Assembly (NCBI GenBank): GCA_013239625.1 | Contig: MU053304.1 | Location: forward strand, 1,178,001 to 1,242,000 | Direction of reading: 5' to 3' | From: Lama guanicoe | Taxonomy: Eukaryota | DNA length: 64,000 bases | Shown: positions 37,274 to 49,322 of the stretch, one piece after another | How the letters are laid out: each line of letters begins with the position of its first letter | Numbering within the stretch: the stretch's first letter is position 1 | Translations under genes and position numbers: made by a program | Notes under the pieces: generated by a model | The model's database searches: none | What the model was told of the DNA's origin: nothing | What the model saw: the letters and a program-made list of their open reading frames with translations, nothing else

Positions 37274-39913
37274 TAGACAACCACAGTAGGTGTTCTCAGT
37301 CTTTATTTTAGCTGTTTCTTAAAATGGTAACTCAGTCACAACTTTTTTCATTTAAATCTAGCATCCACCAGAGTGGCAGTTTTCAATTGGAAACTCATGT
37401 CGTATAACTATGGAGTTATTTTCAAATGCAAATGTTTAGGTCTGATTCCAGATCTACAGAGTCTCTTTACTTGATATTCTTTATATATTCTCAGTGTATT
37501 ATATGTTCAGTAAATTCACAGAATATTATGTCAGGATTACTCTATGTTACATCTGAAGATTTTTTTCTCTGAAGATTATGTTCCTCCATTTTTATAAATT
37601 AGATATATTAACCACTCTTCTTGAAAATAGAGTTATTCATTACACTAACAGAGATTTTGTCTAAAACATTTTCTGGGTTGACTTTATTATTTTGGTTTGT
37701 ATGCCATAGAAACAACCAGATTTCCTGGTCAGTTGTACTATTTTTGCTGTGAACTCCCAGCAGACCTTTCACTTTTGAAAATCATCAGTAATAGGTTAAC
37801 CACAGCAATCTTATTTTGCCATCTACAGATAGCTTTTTGGTTTTCTCTGATGCTTCCCTGAAAGCACTTGTAATCAGCTATAGACAATTAGGGTGCTTGT
37901 CTTTGACAAAGAGAGGCTGTCTCAAAGCCCTGTGGAAGAGGCTAGGCACTTTGGGGTACAGGCTTCTGATGGCCTTATTTAAATAGCTATGAGACCATTC
38001 CAGTGGGCTGATTCAGAATGTCTAGAATTCTAGTTGAAATTTAGATGAGTTCCTGGGAATACTAAACCAAAATCTAGTGGAACAAGAATTAGTTACCAAG
38101 GACTGAAATAATGGATGAGGGATGATGGTGGGTTTTGTATGGAATATTGCTGATGTTATTTTAATGTTCTGCTTTCTGGATAAATAAGGAACCCCATTCT
38201 CTTTTCTCTAAAGACATCTATAACTGCTAACAATTCGGTAGACTATGCTTTGCTAACCAGAAACAAACCATATATGAATATCTTAGTCTCCCTCCTTGAC
38301 GGCTCCAAAATTTAGAAACTCTTATGAGTATTATTAACTTCATGGCAATATAACTATTTGCATAGGTTCATTAAGAATCTGTCTTTCTTGTTAACAGGAT
38401 GTAATTGGAAACATTGGTTATTAACCCAAGGCTTTGCCTGGACTATCATACTTGAGAATGATGCTTCTTTAATCAGATATGACCTGACACTTTGAAGGAA
38501 CTGAGATTGACTTTATGCAGGCTGTGGCTACAAAGCCTTCTTGGGAAAACAGGCCTGGTACAATTCATAGAATTCCCAGCCTTACAAGTGAATAAGGAAG
38601 ATCACTTCCTGGCAAGCCCATGAACTTTAGGATATTTGGGCATCCTCAAGAAAAGAGGAATTTGTTCAAATTTGTAAGTACTGCAGGTGAATTTGATGGC
38701 GAGTTCTTGGCTTGGTTTCCTAACCTCAAGAGGCTTTCAACCGTCCAATCTGAGATAACTTACTAAAGCTTCCAGCAAACAAACTTAAGAAGGCCTATGT
38801 GGAAAGTCACTATTCTTGCTACACTTTCGTAAATAGGGCAAATGGATGAGACCAGCCTTATTTTGTAATCAAGAAAAATCTTTGAGAATATTTTTCTCAA
38901 AAGAGAGGTAAATAAAATGAGTAAGTTTGTGTTTCAATATATAACATACCCTTCCAGGTTATCAGACTCTCACTCTGAGTCAAACTCTCATTGCTTTTGA
39001 GTTTTCTTGCTCCTTTTTGTATACTGCAGGTAGCCGATGATTGTGCAAACTCGGTCTTGTCTGATGAGATTTCATTTATCTCTTTCCCCTGCCCCTCATG
39101 GAAAAAACCAGCTTGGGTACCTACATTTAAACTAGACTGTATCCTGCTGCCTTTCCCAAATTGTCAATCCTTTGTCAATCCTTTTCAGTTCTTTCCATTT
39201 TCTTCCATATCTGATTACAATCCTTCAAACTAACTTTTCAAACTTTTCTTCCTCCTGCCTGACTCAGAGTCACCAAGAACTACAAACTGGCTACTTGGAT
39301 CCCTATCGGCACTCCAGATTGCCTTGCAGCTGGCCCATCCCCCCAGAATCTGAAGGAGCTCTCTGAGTTGAAGCCCAGTGACTTGGCATCAACCCTGAAG
39401 GTCTGAGCTCCACAGCAGACCATGCACAAGCTAGAATTCTCCTCAGACAAGCCACTGCTGGGCCACTGAGGAAGTCCAACCAAATGTTTGGGTCACACAT
39501 GGCCTTGAATGAGAGGTAGCCAAGACTCTATACAACATCATCAAGAGTGTGACCATCTTAGCTTCAAGAAACTCAAGGAGTAGTGCTATGAGATTTTCTT
39601 CTGCTAACCTCTGGAATTCCCTGGACTGCTTAATTCTCAAGGTTCAATTTATGTCTCTTTAATACAACTTTTGCAGTATTATTTCTCTATTTCAGGCATC
39701 CTTCTTTTAAGATATGTGATCTCAAGGACCATAAGACAACTGACCTTTGGTCCTACCTCTCAACAGATGGGCCACCAGGTTTTAAGGAAAAACACCAGCA
39801 AGAATTTCAGAGAGACTATTTCTTAGGCCCTGCTTCATGACACTCAGGAAGTTTATTCTTGCCTCTGAGTTGTTCAGTGACAAGTAATATTCATCTTGAA
39901 CAGAAGGTGGGAC

Positions 39914-40224
39914 TGACAGTGTTGAACTTTATCTGAGCTCTGTGCAACTTCAGCAGTGATGGTTAAGAAATCCTCCCACCATTTTGTGCTTTGGAAATGA
40001 CAAACCAGCTAACCTCAAAGGACCATGCTGCCCTCAGAGTTTCCGACGGAAGTCTCATCTCCATCCTTCTTGACTCCCATGAGACTCCAAGATGACTTCC
40101 TTGTTTACCCTAGAACACCCCAGGACCCCTCCCTTTTCTTTGAGATATTCCTCATTGATGTTCCCCTTATTGCAATAGACTGAATAAATCATCTCCTTAA
40201 TTATCAGATGAATTGTGTCTGTCA
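39914..40224 (+). mobile_element. ERV1 3' LTR (MER90-like, tentative)
   Basis: TGACA...TGTCA inverted termini, preceded by a polypurine tract; AATAAA near 40183. Confidence 0.75.
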
Positions 40225-42578
40225 CAGCTCCAGTGAGGACCTCCCTTTGATGGCAGCCAGCACACCACCCCTGACTATCCAGCTGGAATGGCAACCATCC
40301 ATGCCCTGAGGCTCTGTTCAGCTCTCCTGTGACTTCACCCTGTGGACAACCACCCTTTCAACTGCTCAAGACATGAGTGAGCAGAGAAGGACAGCATGGC
40401 CCTGGATACCTCAGGTAGTGGTGGAGTTATGGAAGGGAACTCCCACATCCTATCTTGAGTGGGACAGAAAGGAATCAGTTTGAGATGCTTCTGAGCTGAG
40501 CTGGGGATAAACACACCCTTTTAAGAAAAGAGGCAGCTGAAGTCTCAGCCTGGACAGGTGCTGGGCAGAGCGCAGGCTGAGGCTGAGTAGGACCAGAGCA
40601 GGCGCGTCTCCCTGGGGAGCTGTCACGGTGACCAGTGTGAAGGCCAGTCAGAAATGCCAAGGGCAGTCCTAAAATCTGGGGAGAGGGGAAGCCCCAAAGA
40701 GGGAAACTCCAGAGGAAAAGACTGGCTAGAAAATAAAAGGTGTACAGGCTTTAACCAACCCTGACCCCGTCTCATTCCTCTTCTTGGCGAGGAGCAGGGG
40801 CAGGCAGGGCAGGCTCCACTGGGTAGAATGTGCCCTGGTAGGGGTCTTTGTTGGGAGCACATGACAGGATTCGCCACCTCTGCTACTTCACAGGAATCAG
40901 AAAGAAGCCTTCCCAACTTCAGCAAGGGCACGTTGCTGAGAAGGGGAGGAACCTAGATGCTGTCTCCATTCTGGAATTGTCTCTCTTGTAGCCTGAGGGC
41001 TCTAGATATGCATGGTAGGTTTTTATTATTATTATTTTTTTTTTTAGTGTATCAGATATCTGATTCTCCTTGGTGAAGCAAGCATGTCTGGGGCGAGGTC
41101 CCAGGGGCCAATGATAGCCAGGGGGAAGCCCCTGAGGATCCCCAGAGCTTCTGGATGTTCTCTGCGTTGTCCCCAGGCCCCGCCCAGTGCCTGGGACTGA
41201 GGAGACATTTTATGAAGCTTGAGATACTTACTATGCAAAGTGTGTTCTGGGTCGTAAAAAATTGACAAAGCCAGAAGACTCATTAGAGGCAGAGTGAGGG
41301 ACTGGGTCAGGCTGACTGTATGATAGGCAGTCAGGGGTCACATTAAAACTATTTAATAACTAGAACTGCCTAAGCACAGACTAAGCAGAACGGATTCTGG
41401 CTGAAAGTCATCCCTGTGTATCGCAATGGTAGGACTTCTCTGGGGTCTGGCTCACTTATTATTTTAGCAAAAACAGGAGAGAAGGAGAGAATAATGGCAC
41501 TCTTCAGGCTTTGACCTGTGCTTCCAGAATTGGGTTGCAAACTGAGGCCACTACATAGTCACTGGGTTAGAATGCAACATTGACCAATGGGGCTATAATG
41601 GCTGGATGTAGGGCTGTGGTCCAGGAGATCGTGTGCGTTAGTTACCTTGGGGACACGATGCATAACGCCTGCAGTTCAAGAGGCCAAAACCGTCACAGAG
41701 CCCAGTTTTTCACAGGCCTCTGGCATCAGAGATGGATAACGGAGCCTGTAGGGTCTTCTTGGGCCTTGCCTTGACTTGAGCATGTTCTACCAGAAGGCCT
41801 GACATTTGGATGGTTCTGAGTTGACATCCTGGCAGCAGTATATGCTTGTGTTCTGGCTCTTCCCCAAGGAACATGCTGGAGGGGTCACGAGGAAGCAAGC
41901 CTCCCCTGTCCTCTGCACTCCGGGAGTCCCTACAGATGGTGCAGGACCCTGACCAGGGGCTGCCGACTGCAACGCTGGCCTGTTGCCAGTGTCCCGTCAT
42001 GCTGCTGGTTCTGAGAGGGCTGAGCTACAATTTGTTTAGAATGGAGGATCCTCCTTGAGTCAGAGTGGCTTCTCCTGGTTCCTGTTCCTTGGGCTCATAT
42101 GACAAGAGTTTGGCAGCGTGATTGCCTCGGCTAACTGTTTGAAAACTCCAATCATTGAAAGTCAAGTGCCCGCGCTAAGTCCAGGGCTGAGTTTTCCTGG
42201 CTCTTAGAGCTGTTTCAAGCTGCTGTGGTTAGCCTTTGAGGCCCACTGATGTCAGTTTCTGTTGAGCTTCCCTCTCCAAGCCTTGAAGCCTCTTTTAATG
42301 TTATTTGTGTCCTGGGAGTTGGCTTCTCACAGAACTAGATTCTTTGAAAAACAGGCACAAGAGTCCAAGTTTTCTAGCAACATGGTGGCCTCATGTATGT
42401 GGTTGGGAGGCTTCCAAGCCAGGTGCACATGGGTGGGCTGAGGTGGGATAGGCTTGGATGAAGGCAGAAGAGAGTAGGTACATGATTTTGGGGGGAGCTT
42501 TTGCTCCCTTTGGGGTCCAAAGAATATATCTTTTCTTTTGAAGAGGTCCATAGACAAGATGGTAATGGAAAAGGGAAG

Positions 42579-42692
42579 TTTTTTTTCTTTTTCTTTTTTC
42601 TAGTCGGGGAAGGGGGTGGGAAGGGATAAATTGGGAGTTTGAGATTTGCAGATACTAATATATATAAAATAGATAAGCAACAAGTTCATACT
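42579..42692. mobile_element. Tiny 5'-inverted (twin-primed) L1 insertion
   Basis: Poly-T-rich tract followed by a plus-oriented L1 3'UTR piece (gggtgggaagggataaattgggag...aacaagttcatactg); imperfect TSD tggaaaag(gga/tg)agttttt. Confidence 0.65.
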
Positions 42693-44039
42693 GGAAAAGT
42701 GAGTTTTTGCGTACCTACAGTAACCAGAGAATGATTCTTCCTGGTGGTGTTGTATGCATTTGATGCTTGACTGCAGAAATGTGGTCAAGTCAACCTCATA
42801 TTGGGGGGAGGAGACCCTGGCCCACCCATGTCGTAAAGGTAGGGTGCAGGAAATAACAAGGGGTCAGAGCTTCCTCCCTGATCAGGAGGCCTTGGAGGAC
42901 CACACCTGTGAGTCTTCAGAATCCACCTGGAGCGGCTCAGGCCTCATAGTTTCACCAAATACCTGGACTGGTCCAAACATGTCCAGAGGCCTTCTCCTTT
43001 GGCCCACAGGCACACCTCTAAACTATTTGTCCTCAGAATTTCCAGCTTTATGAATGGACTGTCTCCTCCAAATTGACTTCATGAATTGAAAATGATTGGA
43101 AGTGAGTCTCTTAATTTGACTGCCCTAAGTAGGGCTGCCGTATAGGGTCTAGGCCCTGGTGAGAAAAAGTAGAGGCAGGGGTTTGTTAGCTAAAAGTACT
43201 TATATGAGATCTGTATGAATATGCAGCCTAGTTACATCCTAGTTTCCCTTCCAGGCTGACATCTTCTGTCTTGGTGGCCCCAGCCCTGGTTCTGGGCCAT
43301 CCTATTTTAGCTGGAATTCCCAAGTTTTTTTTTTTTCATCTTCTTCTTTAAAAAGACATCAGTCCTTACTGGATATGGTCAAGGATTTGCTAACTCTCCA
43401 TAGTAAGTTTCTTCTCGATTGTCCTGGATGGAAAACCTGAGCTTCAAAAGATGAATATATCCCATAACTATGCTTCTGGTTGGAGAACACCTAGCTAGGA
43501 GAGTGCTGGTTCCAGGAAGTGGATGAGGCTCCATGTCCAAGTATCCAAGTGAGTTTGTGACCAATGGTTTCCAGTTGGGTGGGGCCGGGAGCAGTGGGGC
43601 TTCCCACACGGGTTACAGATAGTAGATGAGGAGCTTGTGGGTTTGCCCTTGGTGGCAGTAGGACACTCCAGTACAGGGACTTATTTGTGCTATCTGTCCA
43701 TATATGTGTGGACCAGAGTGGTGGACTCTATGGCCCCCTGTAATTTGTCCTGACAAAGGTACCTATGAGAGGTAGCCAGATCCTTCCCGTGCTAGGTTTA
43801 GGGCAGAGAGTTGGGTCTTGATTCCTGGTGAATAATATCATTCTTGGGGGCTGAGAGGGGAGAGCTGGAAAAGAGCATCTATTAAGTTGAGGGATGTGCC
43901 ATGGTTGCCTTGGCTGGTTTGTCCATTTGGCTGGGGGGTGTGCGTGTGTGTGCGCACGCGCATGCATGTGCATGCGTGAGTGGGTGGGGCATACAGGTGA
44001 ATGAGTGTATGTGGGAGTGAACATGGATGTGTACACATG

Positions 44040-44274
44040 TGAGGGAGGTACAGCTGGAGGTGGCCTATAACACTTACATAGGAAGCCCACCGATCCACCC
44101 CAGGCGGTGCATGCTGGGCTGGCCAAGAAGACAAGAAGATACAGAATTCTATTAACCTGATGTCTTCCACCCAGTTCACTCCCTACCAGAAAAAAAAGGA
44201 GAAGAAGAAGAAAATGAGTTGAGTTTGCCAGGTAAGACAAGCTGCAATAAAGGCATACCTGACCTCCCATTACA
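44040..44274 (+). mobile_element. Possible old LTR 3' end
   Basis: ctgcAATAAAggcatacctgacctcccatTACA: poly(A) signal followed by a CA terminus; family not recognised. Confidence 0.35.
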
Positions 44275-44349
44275 GGGCAACGAATGACCTCTGCCAGAGC
44301 GAGCACTGGCTTACCTCCTGGAAGAAGAAGGGTCCAGGGGTCAGACCCT

Positions 44350-45200
44350 TCCAGGGAATGGAATAGAAGTACCAAGCCATCACTCAAACAGCAACCTCGG
44401 CTGGAATCCAGCCTCCCCAAGATTCTGCTACAGTGGAAGAGAGCCAGGGAAGCTGTCAGCTACTGTGGCTTAGTCCCACTGCTTCCAGAAAGGATTGTTC
44501 AGGCCTAGAATGGTGAAGAAGACTCCAGCCCAGGCATGGTCTGAGTGACAGCACGCCATGACACATGCCCACATTGGCGCAACTACAATACAGCTGATGG
44601 ACGTGGCACCTGGCCTCCACTTGCCAGCAGGGCCCCCAAGAAGAAGCTGAACTATCTCTAGCTATCTCAAGATCGATGCAGAAGATGTTACTTTTATTGC
44701 CACAGTGTCTGAGGAACAGTACAGAAGATACATAAAGTGTACTGGAGAGGACCCAGATCAAATTCATCAATCTGAAAGTTGATTTCTTCCAGGCTGAAGA
44801 TCTATGTGTATAGTTTCAGTGCAGCTTCTGCAACCCCAGTGCATCCAGCCATACCAATTTCATGTTCACAGCACACTCTACTAGCCACCCCCAGGATCAT
44901 GCAAATACATTTCCAGTCATTTCTGGAACCAGCTGAAAGATGGGGATTGTCTATGCAGTAAACAAGTTTCAAATGAAAAGAGATAAAAATTACTTTCAAA
45001 ATGTATCAAGTGTCAACAGTGTAACATCTTCATTGAAAGTGTCTGTAGTCGCTTTGTAGCTCTGCATTGATCCCAGCTGTTCGGTGGCCCAGGCCTCTTT
45101 TACATTCACTACACCACAAAGCACCTCAAAGCACAGGCAAGATTATAGGTAGATGAGATACTGCTAAAAACATAAAATCCCATCAAGTTCGCCAGTAACC
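44350..45200 (+). mobile_element. Decayed RTE-clade LINE fragment (MamRTE1/BovB-like), RT core and downstream
   Basis: TISSYLKIDAEDVTFIATVSEEQ (44651 onward) resembles NINNLRYADDTTLMAESEEE. In the same frame, CKYISS...KDGDC (44900-44950) resembles FxYLGS...ADGDC. Multiple stops are present. Confidence 0.65.
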
Positions 45201-46689
45201 ATCGCATGCCCCTATTAAAATCACCAGGCAAAGTAACCCTAACACTATGGAATGTTTTTAATTAAAAGTATGTTAAAACATTTAATTTAATTACATTAAA
45301 ATTACGTTAAAGCCCAATTCCTACCTCACCATTTCAAATGGAAATTCCTTCACTGACTGTTTTAACAAAAATTATCTCTAAAGAAAAGTTATCTTGATTA
45401 AAGGACAAATTGCATCATAGAAACTATTTATAAGCACGTTGCTACTTGCCAAGCTATCTTATGATTAAAAACTCAGTTCTGCATTTTTGTATTATCTGTA
45501 TTTTCTGAATATGAATCTTTTATACAACTTTATACTTTCATTGAGCTGAATTGGGCACGATGGACAATTGTATGCTGAGTTGTAAACAAAACAGCATTTT
45601 CATATTTGCTCTATTCAGCCATAAAGCTAACATAACGTTTGACAATTCTACCCCGAAAGTGATTTATTGATAATTCACTTCCCCTAAAATAATAAATGTC
45701 CTGAATCACTACTTACACAAATTTCTTTGTAAGCGTATTTATCTTAGTGTTTTAATGTCTTTTCCTGATTGTTATAATTGGGACCTACAAAACCATAAAC
45801 ATTTGACATCCTGCAGAATTTCTCGAGATCAATAGAGATGAAACCCTGATTTTACTTTAAATATTACCCAACTCCATTAAGTAATAAAATCCTTTTACAA
45901 AAAGCATTTCAAATAATAAACTAAACATTCAAACATTAAACTCAAGTACAAATACCCAGATATTCACACACTAACAAAATTTTAACAAAATTGATACCAT
46001 TCAAACTGAACAAATCCCCTGGGGGTGGGGTATAAGAGGGGGAAGGAGCTGGGTTCCAAACCACAGGTAAATTTAGATGTTCTTTCCAGATCTACTCCCA
46101 TGTACCTAACAGCGTTCCTTCATTTCTTGTACAATTAATAGGGAGCTTTGCACCGAACAATGATCTCTGTCATCCAATTAAAAAAAGAATAAAGGAAAAG
46201 TTTTCTATTTTCAACTTCCAACTTTACAATAATGAAAGTTCATGGCTTCTCAGCTCTTGCAGGTCTGGGAGAGTTTAGCCTCCCATTCTCTGAGGCTAAG
46301 GATGATTTATTCTGGATGTTCTTTGCTCCTTGCTGAGTCACTCTTGAAGTTGATCACTTCATTTGAGCTCATTTGTTTTTCCCAGGCTGGGAACCAGCAT
46401 CTCTCACATTTCAGCTGTCATTGTAAAGTTCCAGTGAGATGACCGATTATTTCTTCACCTTTAATTTTTCCTCCTGCTAATCTTGCTCTGTTTTCTAACA
46501 CCCCCTACCCCCCACCATCTTCTAGTCTGTATTTCAGTCCTTCCTACAAAGTCAGAACACTTTCCCCAACATGTCTTGCAAGGCCCCCTCCTAAGGCCCG
46601 TAATGACAGTCATACAGAGTCTGAGGGTAGAAATCAAACAATTCACAAAGACTTTAAGACTGTTCTTTAATATCCTGAAGCAATAGTAT

Positions 46690-47045
46690 TAAAATGCAAC
46701 TTTTTTAGAAACTACTTTGTGCAGGTCCTGTGCTTTGCTTATGTGATTGTTGATCCTAAAACCAAAGGGAAATGCTGTATTTCATCAAATCTAAGACATT
46801 TAGGTTGTAAGACTCATTGTTACTTTATGTAACATTAAGAGGGGGAAAAAAACCCATCAACTTTATTGTCATTGATTGCAAATTGCATCCTAATTTCAGA
46901 GATGTTATAATGTGAATCTTAGACCTGATGATGAGGCATTCTGCAGAAAGCTGAAGCTCAGAGAGGCTGGGTAGTGTGGCCAGAACCACAGAGCTAATCA
47001 GAGGCAGAGCTGGGTTTAGGTCGTGCCAGAATCCACTGCCTCTCC
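46690..47045 (-). mobile_element. MIR interrupted by a TcMar-Tc2 MITE (MER104-like, ~46774-46932)
   Basis: MIR halves (ctactttgtgcaggtcctgtgct / gaaagctgaagctcagagagg) flank ctgtatttcatcaaatctaaga...tcttagacctgatga. Confidence 0.65.
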
Positions 47046-47619
47046 TGAGATTTGAAGGCTTTTTTTCCTGAGTGGTGGTTTTTTTTTTTTTTATCAGAAA
47101 CCGGTCCCTAACCTGTCTGTCTTGGAAAAAAAGGCCTCCTCTTTCAGTTGCTCAGACTACTAACAGAGCTCAAGCAACAGCCATTTAGAGACTGTGTCGC
47201 CTTTTCCCAGTGCCTAATTATAGAGACTGCCCATTCTGCTGTTGCTACATTATTTTTGGCGGTGGGAGGGTGGGAGAGGAAGAAGTGGGTGTTGGTGATG
47301 GCTATGCAAGCTTCCCCTTCTCCTGCAGCTCCTGGCTTCTCAACTTCTTACCCCAAGGCAGCAGAGGCCAGGGTAGGGGGGTGAGGGGTGGGGACGAGGC
47401 ATAGCACTTGCAAGTGGATTAATAAAGGCTGATTTAGGGAGATAGAAGCTGTTGGGGAAGTCTACCCACGCCTCTCCTTATCAGATCTTCTCGCCTTTCT
47501 CTGTCAAAATGAGCTGCCCCTCTGATCCCAAACTCAACATCACCCTTAGACTTCAAAGTTTTGTTTCTCTCTGAGTTGATGTCTCCCGAGGTGAACTGTC
47601 GACTTCTGAGCCCCCTGCC

Positions 47620-48400
47620 CATTTACTTGTTCATGTATTCAGTGATTTAATGTTTAGTGAGCTCTGACAATGCAGTACTCTGAAGATGGGTGATAAGCCA
47701 GCACACACAGTTCCTGCCCTCACGGGGTTCACAGCCTAATGAGAGAGACCCTTGTCATCAAAGAAGCTTGTAAATTACTATAAAATGACAACTGTGATAA
47801 AAGGTTCACAGGATGAGCTGCAGCTGAGATGAAGCTCCCCAATTTGGTCTGCTCCCCTGTATTTCCCACCCCTTCCCCTTGCAGTTTAGGTTGGAGTCAA
47901 GTGATTAATTATGGCCCTGGACCACAAGGGACATGATGTGCATTACCTCCAGGGAAAGACTTTAAGAGCTGGTCTTCTTTCAACTCTTTTTGTTCTATTT
48001 TGATAACTTGGACACCATGTAGATGGTGTAGCTACAAGTTGAAGGAGGGCTACCCAGCCCAGATTGAGCTCTACATTTGGGGAAAATAAACCTCTATTGT
48101 GCTTGCTCATTGAAATCTCCATTTGACTCAGTAGCTTGCCTTATCCAAATATAGAATCACAGTTTCTATGAGGGAAAACATGGAGAGAACTGACCAGGCA
48201 AAGGGCCAGGAAAGGCATCCTTAGGAAAGTGATATTTAGGTAAGGGTCCAAAGGAAGAATGGGAGTTAACTTGAAAAACAGTATGGGGAGGAGCATTCTA
48301 GGCAGACTGACAGCCTGTGCAAAGGCCCTGTGGTTAGAGGGTATAGGACACATTTGCTGAAATGGGCAAAGGGCAGAGGGACAGGAAGAGTGCTGTATGA
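47620..48400 (-). mobile_element. L2 fragments interrupted by an old MLT1 LTR (~47840-48150)
   Basis: gttcctgccctcacggggttcacagcctaat; aaataaacctctattgtg; gcctgtgcaaaggccctgtgg. Confidence 0.65.
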
Positions 48401-48636
48401 GGGGCTCATCTACCCACTGTCTGGCTGATCTGAGACAAAGTCTGACATCCGCAGTGGGACACCACTGCTTTCCAAGTCCCCTGGACTGCCATGGCCTGCA
48501 GGATGGGTCACTCAGGCTTGAAATGGGGAGACAGCTTTACTCTGTTCTTCTCCAAGCCCCTCACAGCCAGTTAGTAGCCATTTGAGAAGTGTCTAGCCGG
48601 AGGTCTTCCCCTCTGAGTTTCCCTGTCTATTCTGCT

Positions 48637-48708
48637 ATGGGAGCAGGGTCCTGGGGAGGGGATGGGAGCAGGTTCCTGGGGAGGGGATGGGAGCAGGATC
48701 CTGGGGAG
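48637..48708. repeat. 25-bp G-rich minisatellite, ~2.9 copies
   Basis: atgggagcagg(g/t/a)tcctggggagggg at 48637, 48662 and 48687. Confidence 0.95.
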
Positions 48709-49322
48709 CTCCTACCCAACATCTTTGAGGGATGAAACCAGAACACTGTGAGAGGTGCCTGAGGGTTGCTGGGGAAGAGGACCAGCAACAAATGAGAGGC
48801 CATGGTGAGGACCACAGGGCATGGGGAAGAGGCTTAGGGGTGGGTGGCCCCATGGCCCATCCACCGTGAGCCACCCTCTTATGGCCTGCCACAGGGCCAT
48901 TCCTCCCTCTCGTGAACCAAGCAATGGATCAAAGCAGCCTGGGTTGCTCACTTCATGTTTCTGGGGGTGTGCAGAGGCCTAAAGAGGGTGTGGGAGTCTG
49001 GGCAGCCCCTGCTCCCTCCCAAACTGGTGCCGTGGTCCTCCCCTGTCTACCCTTCGGCTGACCAAGGCTGTGTCTCCATCTCCTTGTGTGCATCTCTACC
49101 TGTCACACACCTGCTGGAAACTCTGCTAAGAGCTCCCCTTTGAGTACAGAGTAAACTCAGGCCTGGAGTCCAAGGACCCAAAGCTCTGGCCTCGACCACC
49201 TTCCCGTTACTCCCCTCCCAATCCTGCCTTCAGCTGGACCTAACAACTGTCCCATCCCTCACTGGCCAGAGTGCCAACCCTTTGGGGCAGGACGAGTTGC
49301 ATTCACTGCACAGGGGAAGCAC

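Larger units (their letters stand above)
35570..39913 (+). mobile_element. Non-autonomous ERV1 (MER4-group) internal region, 5' part missing
   Basis: T-rich MER-int-type text (aacaaagattctgtgttttgccagaataa, aattggaaacattggtta, gagttcttggcttggtttcct); ends in the purine tract gaacagaaggtgggac directly before an LTR. Confidence 0.7.

Noticed and set aside
43728..44420. 230-aa minus-strand ORF
   Set aside because: Non-ATG start, runs through a simple repeat and a probable LTR, and has no recognisable domain.
44630..44690. UIM-like EEAELSLAISRS (plus) and ankyrin-like LEIVQLLL (minus) peptides suggesting a processed pseudogene
   Set aside because: These are isolated short matches; a different frame gives several ordered RTE RT motifs, which explains the region better.
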